A stretch of 62,398 nt of DNA, the filler included, from Sphacelaria rigidula (taxonomy: Eukaryota): assembly GCA_964200075.2 (NCBI GenBank). It is 6 parts of 6 records of this genome, joined end to end, with 100 filler letters (N's around TTAATTAATTAA, not from the genome) between each part and the next. Parts side by side here need not be neighbours in the genome. Positions count along the whole stretch, not along the records: positions 31,252 to 41,567 come from CAXNAA020006734.1; positions 41,668 to 51,983 come from CAXNAA020006735.1; 4 more parts are not named here. One strand, given 5' to 3'. A program made the translations under genes and the position numbers. The notes under the pieces were generated by a model that was given only the letters and a program-made list of their open reading frames with translations, ran no database searches and had not been told where the DNA came from. Within the stretch, counting starts at the first letter, position 1. Each line of letters begins with the position of its first letter. Below, one piece after another: positions 36,611-50,900 of this stretch.

Positions 36611-38449
36611 TTAAAAACGACCGGAAGTAGCGCCCTCGGGCGCGCGTTCGAAATACAAAATGAGGGGAAACCTTCTTGCAATTGTTTTGGTTGCTGGCCG
36701 CTCGGTGTCGCATCCCATCTTTCAGCTCTGCAGACACGATTGGCTTAGCACGCGCCGAACCATAAAGTGGATGATGAGACACCATCTATGTTGACATGGT
36801 GCTACAAGACAGGGAAGCGATAGTCGAGGATGGGTCGGATCGGCTAACCACGTGAGGGTTAAACACCTGGATTCATTTTTCTCAAGTGCGGGAAAAAACG
36901 AAAGTCGGTGCAGTAAGCTCACACCAGTGTGGCGGTGCGCAAGTACAAAACAGACAGACAGTCAGGTTGACGGTAGGAGCAAATATTATCACGCAAGACA
37001 ACGGCGCGTGGTATTTTCTGCAGTGACGTGCAGCACTTCAGCAGCGACCGAGGGCAACTGGGCCCCGGCACAGGGGAGAGATCGACAGGAAGGGTTCCTC
37101 AGAGCGGGACCAATGGTTCTGACGGGTGGGAGGTCATGGCTCACGGACGAGCGTCGGCTGAAAACTGGACGGTAAACGATGTTGGCGTTATCCCGGCGGC
37201 GTAGTTCGTGCCTGCATTGACGGTACCGGGTGAGTGGGTTCGTGTATTACTTGACGCTTTGTTGTCTACACGCTCGTTGTGCCAAGGTTTTCCCTATTTC
37301 GCCTTTCAATACAACATATAATTTGATTATCTGTAAAGTTGACACTCCCCGAATTTTGGGAGGAGGAAATTGATATCCGAGATATGTTGTGCTATTATTG
37401 TACTCCTGCGTATTATTTATTTTCTTCGGCGAGATGTGGGCATGCACATTACTACAGCAGTGTTGGGGGTCCCACCAGAGCGTAATCTTCCAAAGTGCAG
37501 GGTCCCATCACCGTGCGGTCGAAACCACTTGTTACTTGTCCACTCTGCTGGACGAATATCATGTATTTGCACTGATCCAGAAGAGTGCCGGATTCAAGCA
37601 CAGCGCGCTCATGTCGGGCTTGCGATCCGCCGTACTATGCTGAGACCTCCACTGTGCAGTAGGAACCGAAACTATGGGTATGGGGTTTTTCATGTAAGTC
37701 AAGGCAATCAAACACGGTTTCTATCACAGTCGAGCTTCCTCATGTAGTGCGTATCTTCATCTACATTTAAAGATTGATGTGAACCGTCGGTGAGTTTGGG
37801 CCGTATCTTTCTGCGCTTCCTGTTCGTTCCCTCGTCCAGCTCGTGTCTTATGATGAGCAGACAGTACTATCACGGTACGAGAAGTAGGCTGGGAGGATAT
37901 TGTAAGGCAAAGACAGCAAACTGAGCAAAGCACTATGCAAAGAGACGCAAGAAATACTGTAGATACATGAATCAATACTATTGATACCGAGTCGTGTAAT
38001 TTTTCGTTTTTTTTACTTTCGAGTGCCCAGAAGTTGAAAATGTATTCCTCGTGGGGGGCGGGGGGTAAGGGTGGCTTATATGTATTATATTCTAGTCTAC
38101 GCGGGCACCCCCGGTAGTACTGCAAATAAACTGCAGGTCGTATCAACAACGAGCTTGGCGCGCTTAGAAATTGGCATGACCTAATTCGGATTGGAAAAAC
38201 CTCGGAGACTAAACCCCTCACGCGCAAAAATAGCAAGTACTGTAAAGCCGCCGTTCTCCACATCCTGCAAACAACTCTGATCCGAGATGTGGTGACCATA
38301 TATCGTGCAACTCATCGAGGAGCACTACTCATGAGGCGGGATGACGACTCGATGCGGGCAAATACAACGCCGAAGTTATGAACCGATAAAGCACAAGAAA
38401 GCTCTTCTTTGCGATTTAGTTCCAGTGACGTATGGCTCGAATTATGCGG

Positions 38450-41200
38450 GACGGAGACAACCCCTGACACCGTGTAGACGGTACGCGGACCATATCACGA
38501 TTGACACATACCAGGGTGACACGCAGCTCGATCGCGACTGATACATCCGATTACATCACAAGGCACGCGAGTCATATTTCGGTGTGTTCAGTCACCTATC
38601 GCGCGAGGCACGCAGAATGAACAGTTGCGACTGATATCACACGGAATGCGGGCCATATGCCAATTGATGTTGTGGCTCCTTGTGGTGTGCAAACACTGTA
38701 TGAATCCCATTTCGACACTTTGTATTCCGACTGCACACAGGACGCTGATCGTTTTCCGATTTGGTTGAGTGACCCATGCACATAAACGCAAGCGCAGAAG
38801 CAATGCCTCCAGTTTCAACATTGCTGTACCGGGCCCACGGCGGTGTGAGCAACGCAGATGGCCGACATTACATTGGACGGCATGCGAATCCCACTTGCAA
38901 CCTGACCAGCAACTCTCGCCTCGAACTAAAGTACTATGCAGAATACATATAATCCCTTATATTACCAGGCTTTCTTTATCGGGCATGCATCTATTTTAAA
39001 TAACAACGTTGTACAGACTTTGAAACATGTTGCGATGGGTTTCAATGACTGACACTTCGAGCATGGGCAGTACCCCCAGCGATGTCGCACGGCACACGAA
39101 CCATGTTACGAGTTGGTGTTTTGTATACCATGGCGCGAACTACGCCGCGCATGAAATGAATGTACAGATGCAATACTACAGATTCATGTAGTCTGGTATT
39201 ACGAGGTTACAGGGCACGCGATTGGTTAACGACTTCGTCGTCTCTGCGCAACGACCTAACTCCAGTTTCAAAATGAATGTCTCTGGCTTAAGGCTGCGGA
39301 TAACCTTCAATGCAGATAAAAAAGTTCTACTACCCTGATTCAGTTGAAGTCCAGTCACAGGAGAATACGTCGTACCGCAACGCGTGCCAGCAGTCGCGTG
39401 GGGGTGTAGGCTTTACGCTGACTCCTTTGGGAACTAGAGAAAATATACGTATCAAACATCAACCACACCAGCGCCTGATTTGTCATCCGCCACAAACAAT
39501 CACGATTTTGTGAATTCCGCAGGTTCACGCCGATAGCGAGCTATGGAGCGAGACAGCTGGCATCAGCCTCGTCTAGTCGTCATTATTTCAGGAGTCGGGG
39601 GTCGGGCAACATGCACGATACGAGCAACAGATCGGTGGTGATCCACTTGGAAGCACGAAATGAATGGCATGAGGGACTACAATTACCTTACCGAAAGATG
39701 TAGCTGAAGATGATGTTCACGTTGCACCATCTATGTATAATTCTCGTCCTTTACGATGTGATGGGGAGGTGGATATCGACGTTACGGGAATCGCGCTTGG
39801 CTTTCATATCACACTCATTTCAATTGAGCCCGATGTTATATTTATCTGTCGGAGACGAAGACGGGGAGCAGGAATACCGTTTACGAAGCGGCACCCATGG
39901 TTTTGTTATTAGGGGTAAATCTGCGCTTCAGTATCGCACGCACATACTTGGTTTTCGAGGCGTACACACGCGGATGATGATTGCCAAAATAGACGAAGAC
40001 AACATACATGCTGGTCGAACTGGTGTAGATATCGCGCTTGTTCTATAGTATGATTTATGCTTGGAGATTACGTTGTGTAGACAGTAGGATGCCATTTGGG
40101 TGAAGATCGGGTTGGTGGGGTGTTCCAGCACCATACCTAACCTTTTCTTCCAAACACACCACACGAGAGTCGGTTCGGGGAGCAAGCAGTACGCATGACA
40201 GCGCCCGATCGGGATAACCTCGCACTACTGATCCCGGCTGATACGTAAGTCACTCTGACATCGAGGTAGGGGGTCGATCACTTGTTTGGCTGAACAAATG
40301 CACATTATGTGCTTTATTGGGGAAGGAATGGGTACGATATGGCAAAAATCGAGGAGACGTTGCGTGAGGACTAATCAGCGACGCAATCAGCAGTACCAGA
40401 TCGCTCACGCATGCATTCTGGGTTTCAGTCGCAGTCCAGGTTCTATGAGTTCTGCCCGTCCATTTTTCTCCACGAATAAACTGTGGGTTTGATAAGCGCA
40501 CGGGAAGTGTTGGGATTGCTTGGCTCTGTCGGAGGGTTGCACAGTCATCTTTCGAGGCTCTACCCTCTGGGAGCCTCTCGATGACAAACATCTGGGCCTC
40601 ACTACGCAGTCTCAGAATAAGCTCGGACTAAAAAGTGCACCCCTGCAGTAGAACCACTCCATTCTCGATCGACACCCAATCAAACGAAACGCATTCCAAC
40701 ATCACAGCGCAAGATTGATGGAATCGACGACATGCTGCGGCAGCGGCCGAAAACACGCATATTAGCAACGGCGCTTCTTGGAGTGTGGGTTCAGTGGGGC
40801 ATCGAGAAATTCTAGCGTAGCTCACAACAAGTGCTGTAATCGTGGACGAGTTCTACGCTGACCTAGAGCGTGGAAATGAGACGTTGATGACGTTATCTTG
40901 TGGAAGGGTATTTCCCTGCATTCCCGGATATTCGATCACGCACGACACCATGCGGTGCGCCAATATATATATCCGATTTCACGTTCACAAATCCTTGGAG
41001 ACTTCGTCACCCAGAACTTGGAAATTCGATGAGGTGTGATCTGTCAGAGGAACAGAGTCGGACGACTGGGACAACGGGCGTAACCTGGTCTCTAGGCGCC
41101 GGGAGGTTCAGCCGTACAAGACTCGACAGGGGCAAGCGATCGCTACGGTCATATATAAAGGCACATTCGCCCAGAATCACTGTATCTAATCCTTTCTTTT
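38450..41200 (-). mobile_element. Probable very old Ty1/copia remnant
   Basis: Faint motifs in copia order on the minus strand: VILGECAFIY (integrase end, ~41160), ERLPEGR (RT start, ~40570), YVVFVYFGN (YVDD position?, ~39990), DIA…NPSQHVSKSVQRCYLK (~39000-39090; cf. DIA…NP…H…VKR..RYLK), GGIAS…GHSTKSE (RNase H, ~38760-38810). Confidence 0.5.
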
Positions 41201-41567
41201 GCCACACTGCCTGAGGTCTTATCCCCGTGCCATGGTTTGCAGTGCACTACCCCACATTTGCACGTGGTCACTTTCATCACCCAATTCGTCTCTGGTCCGG
41301 GTTGCGCTTTTTGAATTCCTCCCACAAATGCATGTACAAATGGGGACCGCGCCACTAGCAGGCGCATTTTGGTGCTATCTCTCCAGATGTCAAATCTTTG
41401 CACTTGTCCCTGTCAAGTGTCTCCATTTCGCACCCCACAAGAGTCCGAAGGCAACAACTATTTGCATATGACCCAATATATTCATTCGGGTAGGGAGGGA
41501 GGGGTACCCATTTGTTGCTTGTCCTAGTCCTTCGATCATTGACCATGCACCCCTTTCGAGACGGGGG

Positions 41568-41667
41568 NNNNNNNNNNNNNNNNNNNNNNNNNNNNNNNNN
41601 NNNNNNNNNNNTTAATTAATTAANNNNNNNNNNNNNNNNNNNNNNNNNNNNNNNNNNNNNNNNNNNN
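41568..41667. other. Artificial scaffold spacer
   Basis: Same linker; followed by a (TAA)n microsatellite to ~41696. Confidence 0.97.
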
Positions 41668-41698
<31 letters not shown>

Positions 41699-44559
41699 TA
41701 AAACCGTGTTGATGGGTCCGGAGAAGGAAATCCCGAGTGGGTTTCGTCGGGGTCTGTTTTGACAAAGCAACTGCAAACCGCGGTAAACCACCGTACACCA
41801 CTGCGCAACTTTGTTCACGGTGTGCAATCTACGATACCCTTGATCTTTTTCCCTGAAGTATCGTACCGACTACATCCCCTTCGCTGTCGTTTAGTCTGAA
41901 GCACAGAAAAGTGAAAAGTGCTCCGTGTTGTACCCCCGGCATGGCGGAGCAATCCGCCGTGCAGGTGCTTTCAGTACATGATGGCGTGTTTCCTTCCTGT
42001 GATGTCCCAACACAACAACGGACGACCACGCCGTCGATGGTCCTTGGTTGGAGGAACGCATCTTCCCACCATCACGCAGAGGTACCGCTCGTGCACGGTA
42101 CTCAACAGCCGCGGCGAACTGCCGCGCACACCTTGTACCTGCCGGGTGTGGTGTTATGTTGACTTGTCATGATGCGCAAGCAGTCATGCTGTATAAACTG
42201 TTGGTCCCGCTGATGGCCTACAAGTTGGTAGCTTACCCTGGGCAAACATGCGTAGCTCATGTTGCTCTCAATACTCACTAGGGAGATACGCTAAACAAGA
42301 CCTAGCTCGAGCTGCAGGGAGCCTCCGACGTGTGGAACGCTCAACAGATGCGCGCCGGCGTTCCAAAGCCTTTGCGGGGGCATGGCTTGTGCCAGCTTTC
42401 AGCATTCACCGTCCTGCTGGACGTTCATGGTTGCCTAAAATAGCAGCAGTGTCCCGAACATCGTCGGCAAACGTATTGCAGCCACAAGGGTACCCTACGT
42501 GGATAAAGCGACTCCGACATGCGCTATCGGAACACGGTCGGTGCGTCGGCAGCGTCGTCTCCAGAAGAGCGTCAATAGCTGCCCTGTGACATGGACAGGA
42601 AGTATTTGGTTCCCGCAACTCCCATCGTTTTCGACCTTTGTACTAAACTTGATTCCCGATTGTATTGTAGAAGAGGTTTCACAAGAGCTTGCGGAGACAA
42701 GGGCGCATGATGCTCATCGTCGCGATGATGGGAATGGGCTGCTAAACTGTGCTGTGTCGTGGCTATCGGTGTTGATAAGCTTTAGCGGTGAGCCCATACA
42801 TCGTTGCTACATACGTCATACTTGACGGGGTACAATGTGACGTCGGTGCGTGTATGCTGTGCTGGCCATGGCCTGAAATATAACGGAAACGCACAAAGTG
42901 ACTGTATGGTGGTGAGTACACAACAGATTACTACGCGGTACCGTAGTCACAGAGCAACCCATGTTGTCTGTTCAGCAAGCGCAAGACAGAAGATCGTGAG
43001 ACAACTACTTTGACCAGCTGCAGCATTGATGTTGGACGGGAGGCGTTGCATTGGTCACGTTCACTGGTGAAGCATGCGCTCAGTTTATTTCACGAAGCTA
43101 GCAAGCACAAAAAACGTGCACCTCCACGCCGCATGATATATTCACATGAACGACAGCAGCACAATATTCCTGCATCAGATACTCGTGCAAAGTGTTGTGA
43201 GCTGGTAGATATCTGACCATTTTTTCATCTCTCCTGCGTGATTTTCGGCCACTAGCGATAGAAGAAGGGTGCCACGTGGGCTGAACAGAGGTTCACCCTA
43301 CCACTTCTTCCGGCAGCAATAAAAGGGCAGTGGACCGAAGTGAGGTCGAACCACCCCCGTTCAAAACAAAGTGGGGTAGCTGCAAAAACACAGGGACGGT
43401 CTCTACCGATGCTCTCCCGAAATCAATCTAAATTCAATCCTGATGCAAAGGCAACACGACCACGCCGTAGATGAAGCACATAAATCGACTTCCAAGGACG
43501 TTCGGGCGCGCCGACGGGTCAAACAGTGCCGCGGGCGACAAGGCCTGCGCGGGAGGCCTTTTTTTTGTCCATGAACGGGATGGGACGGATCGCCGCCATC
43601 GAAATATCTCCCCCCTCCCTCCTCTATTCACACATATGGTTGCTGGGCAACGGTTGCGAAGGCCCCAACGCAACGCAACGGGCCATGGTCCCCAAGGAAA
43701 TGGCGAAGTAATGCTGTAAGGGCGAACAGGGTCGCCGCGTGAATGCTCTAGAAGGAGAGGACGAATTTTCTCCCAGACAAATTCTCGAAACGTTTCTGAC
43801 ATATCGCACGTGAGAGCAGGTTCCTTATCCAGGTCAGTCAGTACATCAATCTTGACTTTCTGCTCTTTCGGAAAAATGACACAACGGTTGTTTGGCAACG
43901 ACAACGCTTGTGGGGTGGCACGATGGAACTGTTGAGACAACACAACGGGTCACGGCACGAACAGACCGATCGAACAACCTACACAAAACGCGCATGCAAA
44001 GCCTACTGTTGGAGATGCTAATCGGGCTACCAAAAGTGTGTGAGCTGCTCAAACACATCGTTGCGACCATGGACAATTTCTCTTCTTTTCCTTTTAATAC
44101 CTGGGATGCGCCACATAGATCGATTCGATTTCATACTCTACCTTGTTGACGGGAAAGTCGTGCGTTCAGGCGACGACCTTCCTGTCCAGACGCTACATGC
44201 ACCTGCACACCGTTGACACGCATCAAGATGGGTAAGCCTCGTTCTTGTGCTCTCGGAGCATACCCTCAAACTTGAAAAAAACGATCAGTTTCCGGTTAAT
44301 TCTGCCGACCGCGGGGCGTCCCCTGAAACGCCCGACGCAGTGTTGTGCATTCCAGTCTTGAGCAAACAACACCACAATCGGCGTTCAAATAGCACACGTC
44401 GCCAACGAGAGCCACGCTGCGGAAGTCGGCACATCGATGACGTATCCCGAACAACCGCCGTCCTCCACAAAAGCCCATGCATAATAGGGACAGACAGAGG
44501 GGACTGGGAAGAAAACCTCAGAAGAGAGGTCTCAGTCGGAGTAACTTTGTTTTGGTGTG

Positions 44560-44830
44560 CGTCTATTTGTGATGCATCCCCACAAATGTGCTGCAGTGTA
44601 CCCTCACAAATCATGTTGGAAAAATGCTTGCCGCCTGTTTACCCAGCCGCACGAGGAACCCAAGGTAGAGAGCGTGGTGTAGACTGAGACAGACACCACT
44701 GCGGTGACTGTACGCCGCTCTTCGCTTGGTTAGTAGTGCTGAGTCTATCGGTATCGCGACATAAGCCGTACCGAGTCTTTAGCATCTGCCCCCTGCCATT
44801 ACAGCCTTGTCTTTCGGGGAAGCATCACTC
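44560..44830 (+). repeat. Dispersed copy of the 26940-27576 repeat family
   Basis: CCAGCCGCAC..(G/A)GAACCCAAGGTAGAGAGCGTGGTGT and TGCTGAGT.TATCGGTA are shared with 27310-27420. Confidence 0.8.
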
Positions 44831-47423
44831 ACTCTAGCGCGGGTGATATGTTGCTTTGGCATAGTTATCACTTGAAAAATGAATGCAAAACCGAGGCGAT
44901 CCGACCTACCGGTCCAAGGGTTTGCCGTGAGTGACGTGTACATGTTCAATACTGGTTCCTCATATTGTGGCGTTATGTACAAAAACTTCCAGACAATCTG
45001 AAATCGTCCAAAAAGATGCTCCAGTGTTCACACATGAACTGACAATGTTTATTCGGAGATCTCCGGAATATTCGGGACTGACAACGTACCTGACGCCTCT
45101 CGAGTGCTTGCGGACGACCAGGCATGCACACACAGGGCAGCCCTCCAGAGTGCTGCGTCGCTGTCCGACTTTTCGGACGTTTTCAAAAACGAAGCATCGG
45201 AAAAAAAATCATCAAGCTCCTTCCTTCTCGGATGAGTATGAATGCAGGCTCCGAGATGCCCGAAATCTTTGGCAACATGTCTAAAAAAACGTGTCCACAG
45301 AATGGGCCTGAGCCATGCCTTCCGTCGTTCGTTGGAGCGTGCTGCTGCTCGCGAGTGCCATGGGGCAAGACACCGCTACTTCCTCTGCATTGTGATAGGT
45401 TGCGTCTGGAGGTGTGCACAAAGGAGGTATGTATCTGCATGCTGCTTCATCTTGTGCCTGGAACCAACTGTATTGTACTGTCTGTGACCTGACGTGATAT
45501 GCTCGTAATCTGCTTGTGTTCCAACTGCTTGAGCGCCCAGAGCCCATCGTTCCGAGAATCCGGCCTCAAGTGCCGAGGACACTTGGACTGTAGCACTTGT
45601 CTGCTGAAATGATCCCTTAATGACCTATGGGCACTATACAAGGCATGACGAACGAGACACGTGACGTTTTTTCCAAGAGCTGGGCCTCTTCCTTCCACCC
45701 CCCAACCAGCAGATTGCTTCGCACCCAGTTGGGATTAGTCCCGGTTATTTCGAGTCCAAAAATGACGACTCCACAAAACAAGCTCGTCACCATAATCGCC
45801 CCTCCAACGTGCGCTACTCCACGAAGTTGCAGCAGCGCGCATTAGACTGTACTCAGTAGAAAGCGATAGCACGCTGACTGTTTCTCGCCTTTGAATCCAG
45901 CGAAGACATACAGCGCACGAACTGACTCTGCGAGCCATTACCTGTAGGGTCAAAGTTGGCCAGGGGTTCTCCGAGACTATTTTCTACATTGTAGACAGTC
46001 CTGCGGACTGAATACTTCGGAACCAAACCCGAGCTCTTTTCATCACATTGCGCACTGTTGCAACGCCCAACCACAGATCCGAACACACGGGCTTATTGAT
46101 TGTGGTTCTCATGACATGTGACCGAAGTGTCAGCGCCTTGTAGTGACGCCAGCCCGCGTGCAATTATACTTCCCGCGCTGAGAGGGCTATGCTTATCGGA
46201 GCGGATTTTCCCTTTTTCTAACTTCCCTTTTTGACAGGGAGTTGGCCCCCATAACAAACAGTTCTGAGTCATATCAAGAAGCTGTTTTGTATAGATCGAA
46301 CCCCAGGCCTGCATCTGAAAGTGGTCGCTGATCGGAGGTCTCTGCAATGCTACAGACAAGACGCAACGAGGCAACAACACTTCACGTCCGGCCACGAAAA
46401 AACGCGCACAGACACCTATCACGGACGCGCAGAAGTTCCACCGCTAGCCCTTGCTAATCTACACACAGCAGTCTTCGTTTGACGCGAATCCGAGTTGTAT
46501 TGGACGGATGGAGGCCGCGTGCGTATCAGAAACACCCGAAAACGTGCCGTTGCTGACCGTTTGTAAGCGTATGCTGTGCGCACGTCTCACACGAGTCATC
46601 ATTTCTCAATGAATTCCGAACAGATCTGAGCGAGGGCACGCACAACGTGCACAGCTGATGGAGAGCTACGGCTCGAGCTGTGTGTTTTTGGTTTGCGGTG
46701 ACACCAAGCTCCTCAGGCTCAGCTCTGATTTTGTTGGGTCGCGTGGTAAGCCCCTGCCTGTGCCCCTGTCAACCGGACATGTATGTTTCCCTTAGAGGTG
46801 CCCGGAATCTCCTGAAGAAATCCAGTCATTGCTCGCACGCCGAACAGATCAGGCCGTGACAGTTCCGGGTCAGCTCATTTGGGGCATAGATCGTGACCTG
46901 TCCGAGGTGTGCTGACAACTGTGCACGGTTGTCTGGTGGTGATGTGTAGGACCCGCTTGACCCGTACATGACTGCTCTGTGACGAGCCGTACAATCGACG
47001 TCATACACACACTTTCATGTACTACTGACCCACAGAGCTGTGTCATCCGCACAACAATACACAGTTGTCATCTATATAACTCAGCTCATTCAACGCAGCA
47101 GCTTGTCGTTAACCCCTGTGCGATTAGCATCCCATGTACTTCGTACCCCAGAAGCTACCCCTCACCTGTGGGTCCTCAATACAGTATACAACAAACAGTT
47201 TCCCGCACCCGTTAGACCCGAATCCAGTATACAGTCAACAATTTTGCAGTATATCTCACATGCCAATCTGTATGACCCGGGTACATCGCGCACATCCATA
47301 AGTCCGTAGGTTGACAGTGACAGCCTGGGCACATGGAACATGAAGCTTATATATTTTTTCCGAATGGTGATACGGCAGATGCGCACATTTTTTTTCCAGG
47401 GCAGCTATCTCTGCACGCCAAAA

Positions 47424-47535
47424 GTCTAGCCAGGCCAGTACGACGGTGGGGGACCACGCGGGGGGACTTAATTTGACTTTATTTCGAACAGGGTTCGCCA
47501 CGTGGTCCCCCACTGTAGTACTAGCCTGGCCCGAC
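47424..47535. repeat. Hairpin with ~38-bp arms
   Basis: GCCAGGCCAGTACGACGGTGGGGGACCACGCGG vs CCACGTGGTCCCCCACTGTAGTACTAGCCTGGC. Confidence 0.85.
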
Positions 47536-47686
47536 GCTTGACGTCTGACGTGTCACGAGTTTTCGATGTTGGGACGTGTAAGGATAAGTGCCCTGTTTTT
47601 TCCTGAGAGGATCTGCACTGTCGGGGTCTGTCCATGACAAACATTTGGACCTTAGTGTGCAGCATTGGAAAAAATCGAACTGAAAA

Positions 47687-47755
47687 GCGCACCCCTACCA
47701 TTGAACCAGAATCTCCGCCCGGACTGACTGGTGAGGTGTGCGAGTACCACTGTGG
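47687..47755 (-). ncRNA. Degenerate tRNA-like / SINE-head sequence
   Basis: Minus strand CAGTGGTA…GGGCGGAGATTCTGGTTCAAT…GTGCGCTTTT; shares GGGCGGAGA…GGTTC…TGCG(C)TTTT with 21709-21777. Confidence 0.4.
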
Positions 47756-47940
47756 AAATTCGATCTGCTTGCATGCCCAGCACAGTGCAGGTGTCGAAGA
47801 AAATCAACACATCATGAGCTAGGGAGCGAAATCATCTCTCACAACAAGCATCACGATGCTTGCAGCCGCCCTCACTTACCTCACTCAAATAGAAACCACA
47901 GCAGCGGCTTCTGAGCACTAGCATTAGCAACGCAACAGCA

Positions 47941-50900
47941 ATGTCAAAGTCCGCAGAGGGGTCGCCTGCTGTCCTTGTTGTTGGTTCGTAGGAAAACGAT
48001 CATTGCACTAGACCTGCAGGAGAGCCAACGTCCATTCCAAATGTCACAAGCTCGGGTGCGGCTGGAGTGGAGGACCCCAGAGGGCGTGAAGAAGACCGGG
48101 GTGAACCTCTAGACACCACTGATGGAAACGAGGTTTGCAAATTCATGTGTATATCATCGATGACACGTGTCATTTCGTCCGCACTCCTTTTTCACGTCCT
48201 GAAAACACGTACTGCGGTACGGTGCGGTGCTTTCGTCATTTTTGTGACGACCTGTCACCTCAAATATGTCGCTCGCACCCTCTCCGGAATCGATCTAGCG
48301 CGGAGACGGACCAGGGCACCATCTGTGTTGGTCGCGGATATTGTGTGAAGTGACGGTTACTTTTTCCCATCGTTCCCTGCTTCAACATCACCGCGCGTTA
48401 CAGAAAGCCATTCAGGCAGCAAGAAGGGACATGCGTGCAACACCTGGCACCAAGAGATGCGACGTGCCTGATAAATATAGCAACCACTCAATCCTGTACG
48501 ATAAAAGCGTGCGTTTCGAGAAAGTGGGTGACAATCCGAACCACCGGAATCAATGGTGATCTGGCATGGCCTCCGAAAGCTGCCGCGTACAATCGCTCAA
48601 GGCCACAGCTAGTGGCGGCATCCAGATCAAGAAATATTCGACGGGGAATGCGACCCGTCATCTGGCCAGCGTACACGGTGAGCTTTTATGAGCCAGGTAC
48701 AGGTACAGTGCCGTTGTTCTTCGGTCTACTTATTCACCGTCAGATATATGATGTATGTAACCAGGGGTGCACAAAAATTCACATCCCGCACACCTTTGAA
48801 TCTCGTCTCCCCGTCCGGAGGGCCGTTTTTCTTCATCTTCTCTTCAGATTACGTTTGTTTTTTTTCGTCTGTATGATGCACATTACCCATCAAACACGTA
48901 CCAAATATTCACGACTCGTACGTGCTATCGAGGATACCTGTGTGCTGCTGTGGGTTGGTTGGCTTGGCTTCATCTGCCGGTGGTTGTGGTTCGAGACGAT
49001 CCGCGACCAAAGTCATCACAGTCGGACACCTTGGATAAAAGTTACGAAACAAAGTCATAACTCACATCTGATCAACAGCTTGTGAGAACCGGTGATATCG
49101 GAAGGAACTCATGATGAGCAACCTCGCCGCCAGTTCCAGTTCAACCATTTGACCGCAAGGGTAGGCCATCGGTTGAATCGTCACTATTTACCGCCTTCTT
49201 CCGGTGTAACTTATGCTGATTCAATAGATCACCTACCTTCGACGTCATAGGGTGACCCTCATTTGCAGCATAATTGGCAGCATAAACTGGTCCAGTGAAC
49301 AGCCCCGAAATATCTTCTTTTATTTTCCTTCTATTTTTCTTCACTCATTCTCTTGACGTATTTGATATTTTTCAAGTTTTATTTCTTCCCTCGTTTTTCT
49401 TCCTTCCTAAATCTACTCTATATCATCCTTTTAGTATTTTCATTCATATTCTGCCCATACGTATCAGGGAGGTATGTGGATCGTATGCTACCCACACACA
49501 CACACAAGACAGTTGGGGGGGAGTGCCCCACCTCCGACGCTGCTTCATTTTGTATAGGACTTAGTATGCGATCGGTTGAATAGGAGTTTGTATGGCGTTT
49601 CTTTATTGCGGGGCGGGGGGGGGGGGGGAATCGTCGCCTACCTCGTCACCCCCCTTCCCCATAGGTTAAAGAAAAAGAGGGTACTTGAATGTGCGGGAAT
49701 TTGTTTTTGTGCACCCCTGATGCAACATAGGCGAGGTCATATGTTTCAAGTCGACACCTTCGCGGCGAGAAAATGAATTATAACCACGACCGGATTCGTT
49801 CAGCTCATGCTTACTACCAGAGAGGACCTGTTCTTCGGTGCGCACCCTGCCTGTTTGTCTGACTAGTGCATCATGTTTCATGGGGATGACCTAATCCACC
49901 AGAGAAGCCAAGCAGCTTTCCGTTCAATGATGTACTGATTGTTGACTGTGGGCGGGCTACGTGCGGGCATTCACAAGTATAGGGCGGGCATTCCGGTATA
50001 TTTTGATTTTTGAACATGACGAGGGACTGTTGGTAGTGCACATACAAAATGCCCCCTGATTCAGACTCCCCCCACCCCCATTTGCATTCTCCTCTTTTTT
50101 GGGGTAGGGAGGGGATCTTACTGAAAAAAAAATACTCGATCTACAATTGGACGCGAGCCCGTAGTGGCGAAGGAGATATCTCCTGCTTGAAATTGCCCTA
50201 AACATGGCAACCACAGCTGACGATCTGGTACACGAGAATGAGTAAGCCGCTTTTGATCACAGACGCTTCCATTTTATGTCCCTGTGTCATTTGCATTGTG
50301 CACAGGCATTACTTCGACCAAGACACAGACTATAAAACAGAAAGTGGCGACGCGCAACGCCGCCGTCACGCAAGGAAGACGATCTCTTGGCGCTGATCTG
50401 GCATGATATCTGGCGATTCTATATGTGAAAGCCTTCGCCATTCAACACCTTCTGGCTTTCAGCCTGGCACCTAAGACATTTCTTCCAATCAGCCTGCGCC
50501 TCCCAGTTTCCCCCAACCCTGAATTCCGACAGTCTGAAATCGTTCGTGACGGCAATCTACGCGGCAACTGTCTCGAAACCATCGCAGTCTCTCGTCATGG
50601 CGACCAAAGGCGCCGGAGGGCCGATAGTACACGCGAACTTCGACCTGTGCACGAGCCGGCCGTCGAACGAAAAAGTATCTCGGTGAGTTCTCGAGTTTCC
50701 GTGTTGGGTGCAGGATCTGCGTCGATGAGGATCGAAGACGTACATCGATTCCTCCAAGTCATCCTTTGTGTTTCAGTTGTACTTGTTCGGGTGCTTAAGT
50801 TGCTTTGGTCAGTCCTTGGTGTTGTGATTCTGTATTATCATGTGTGTTTTTACTTCGTCGGCTCGCTACGTACGTTCTTCATTTCTTCCCATTGTTGTTG

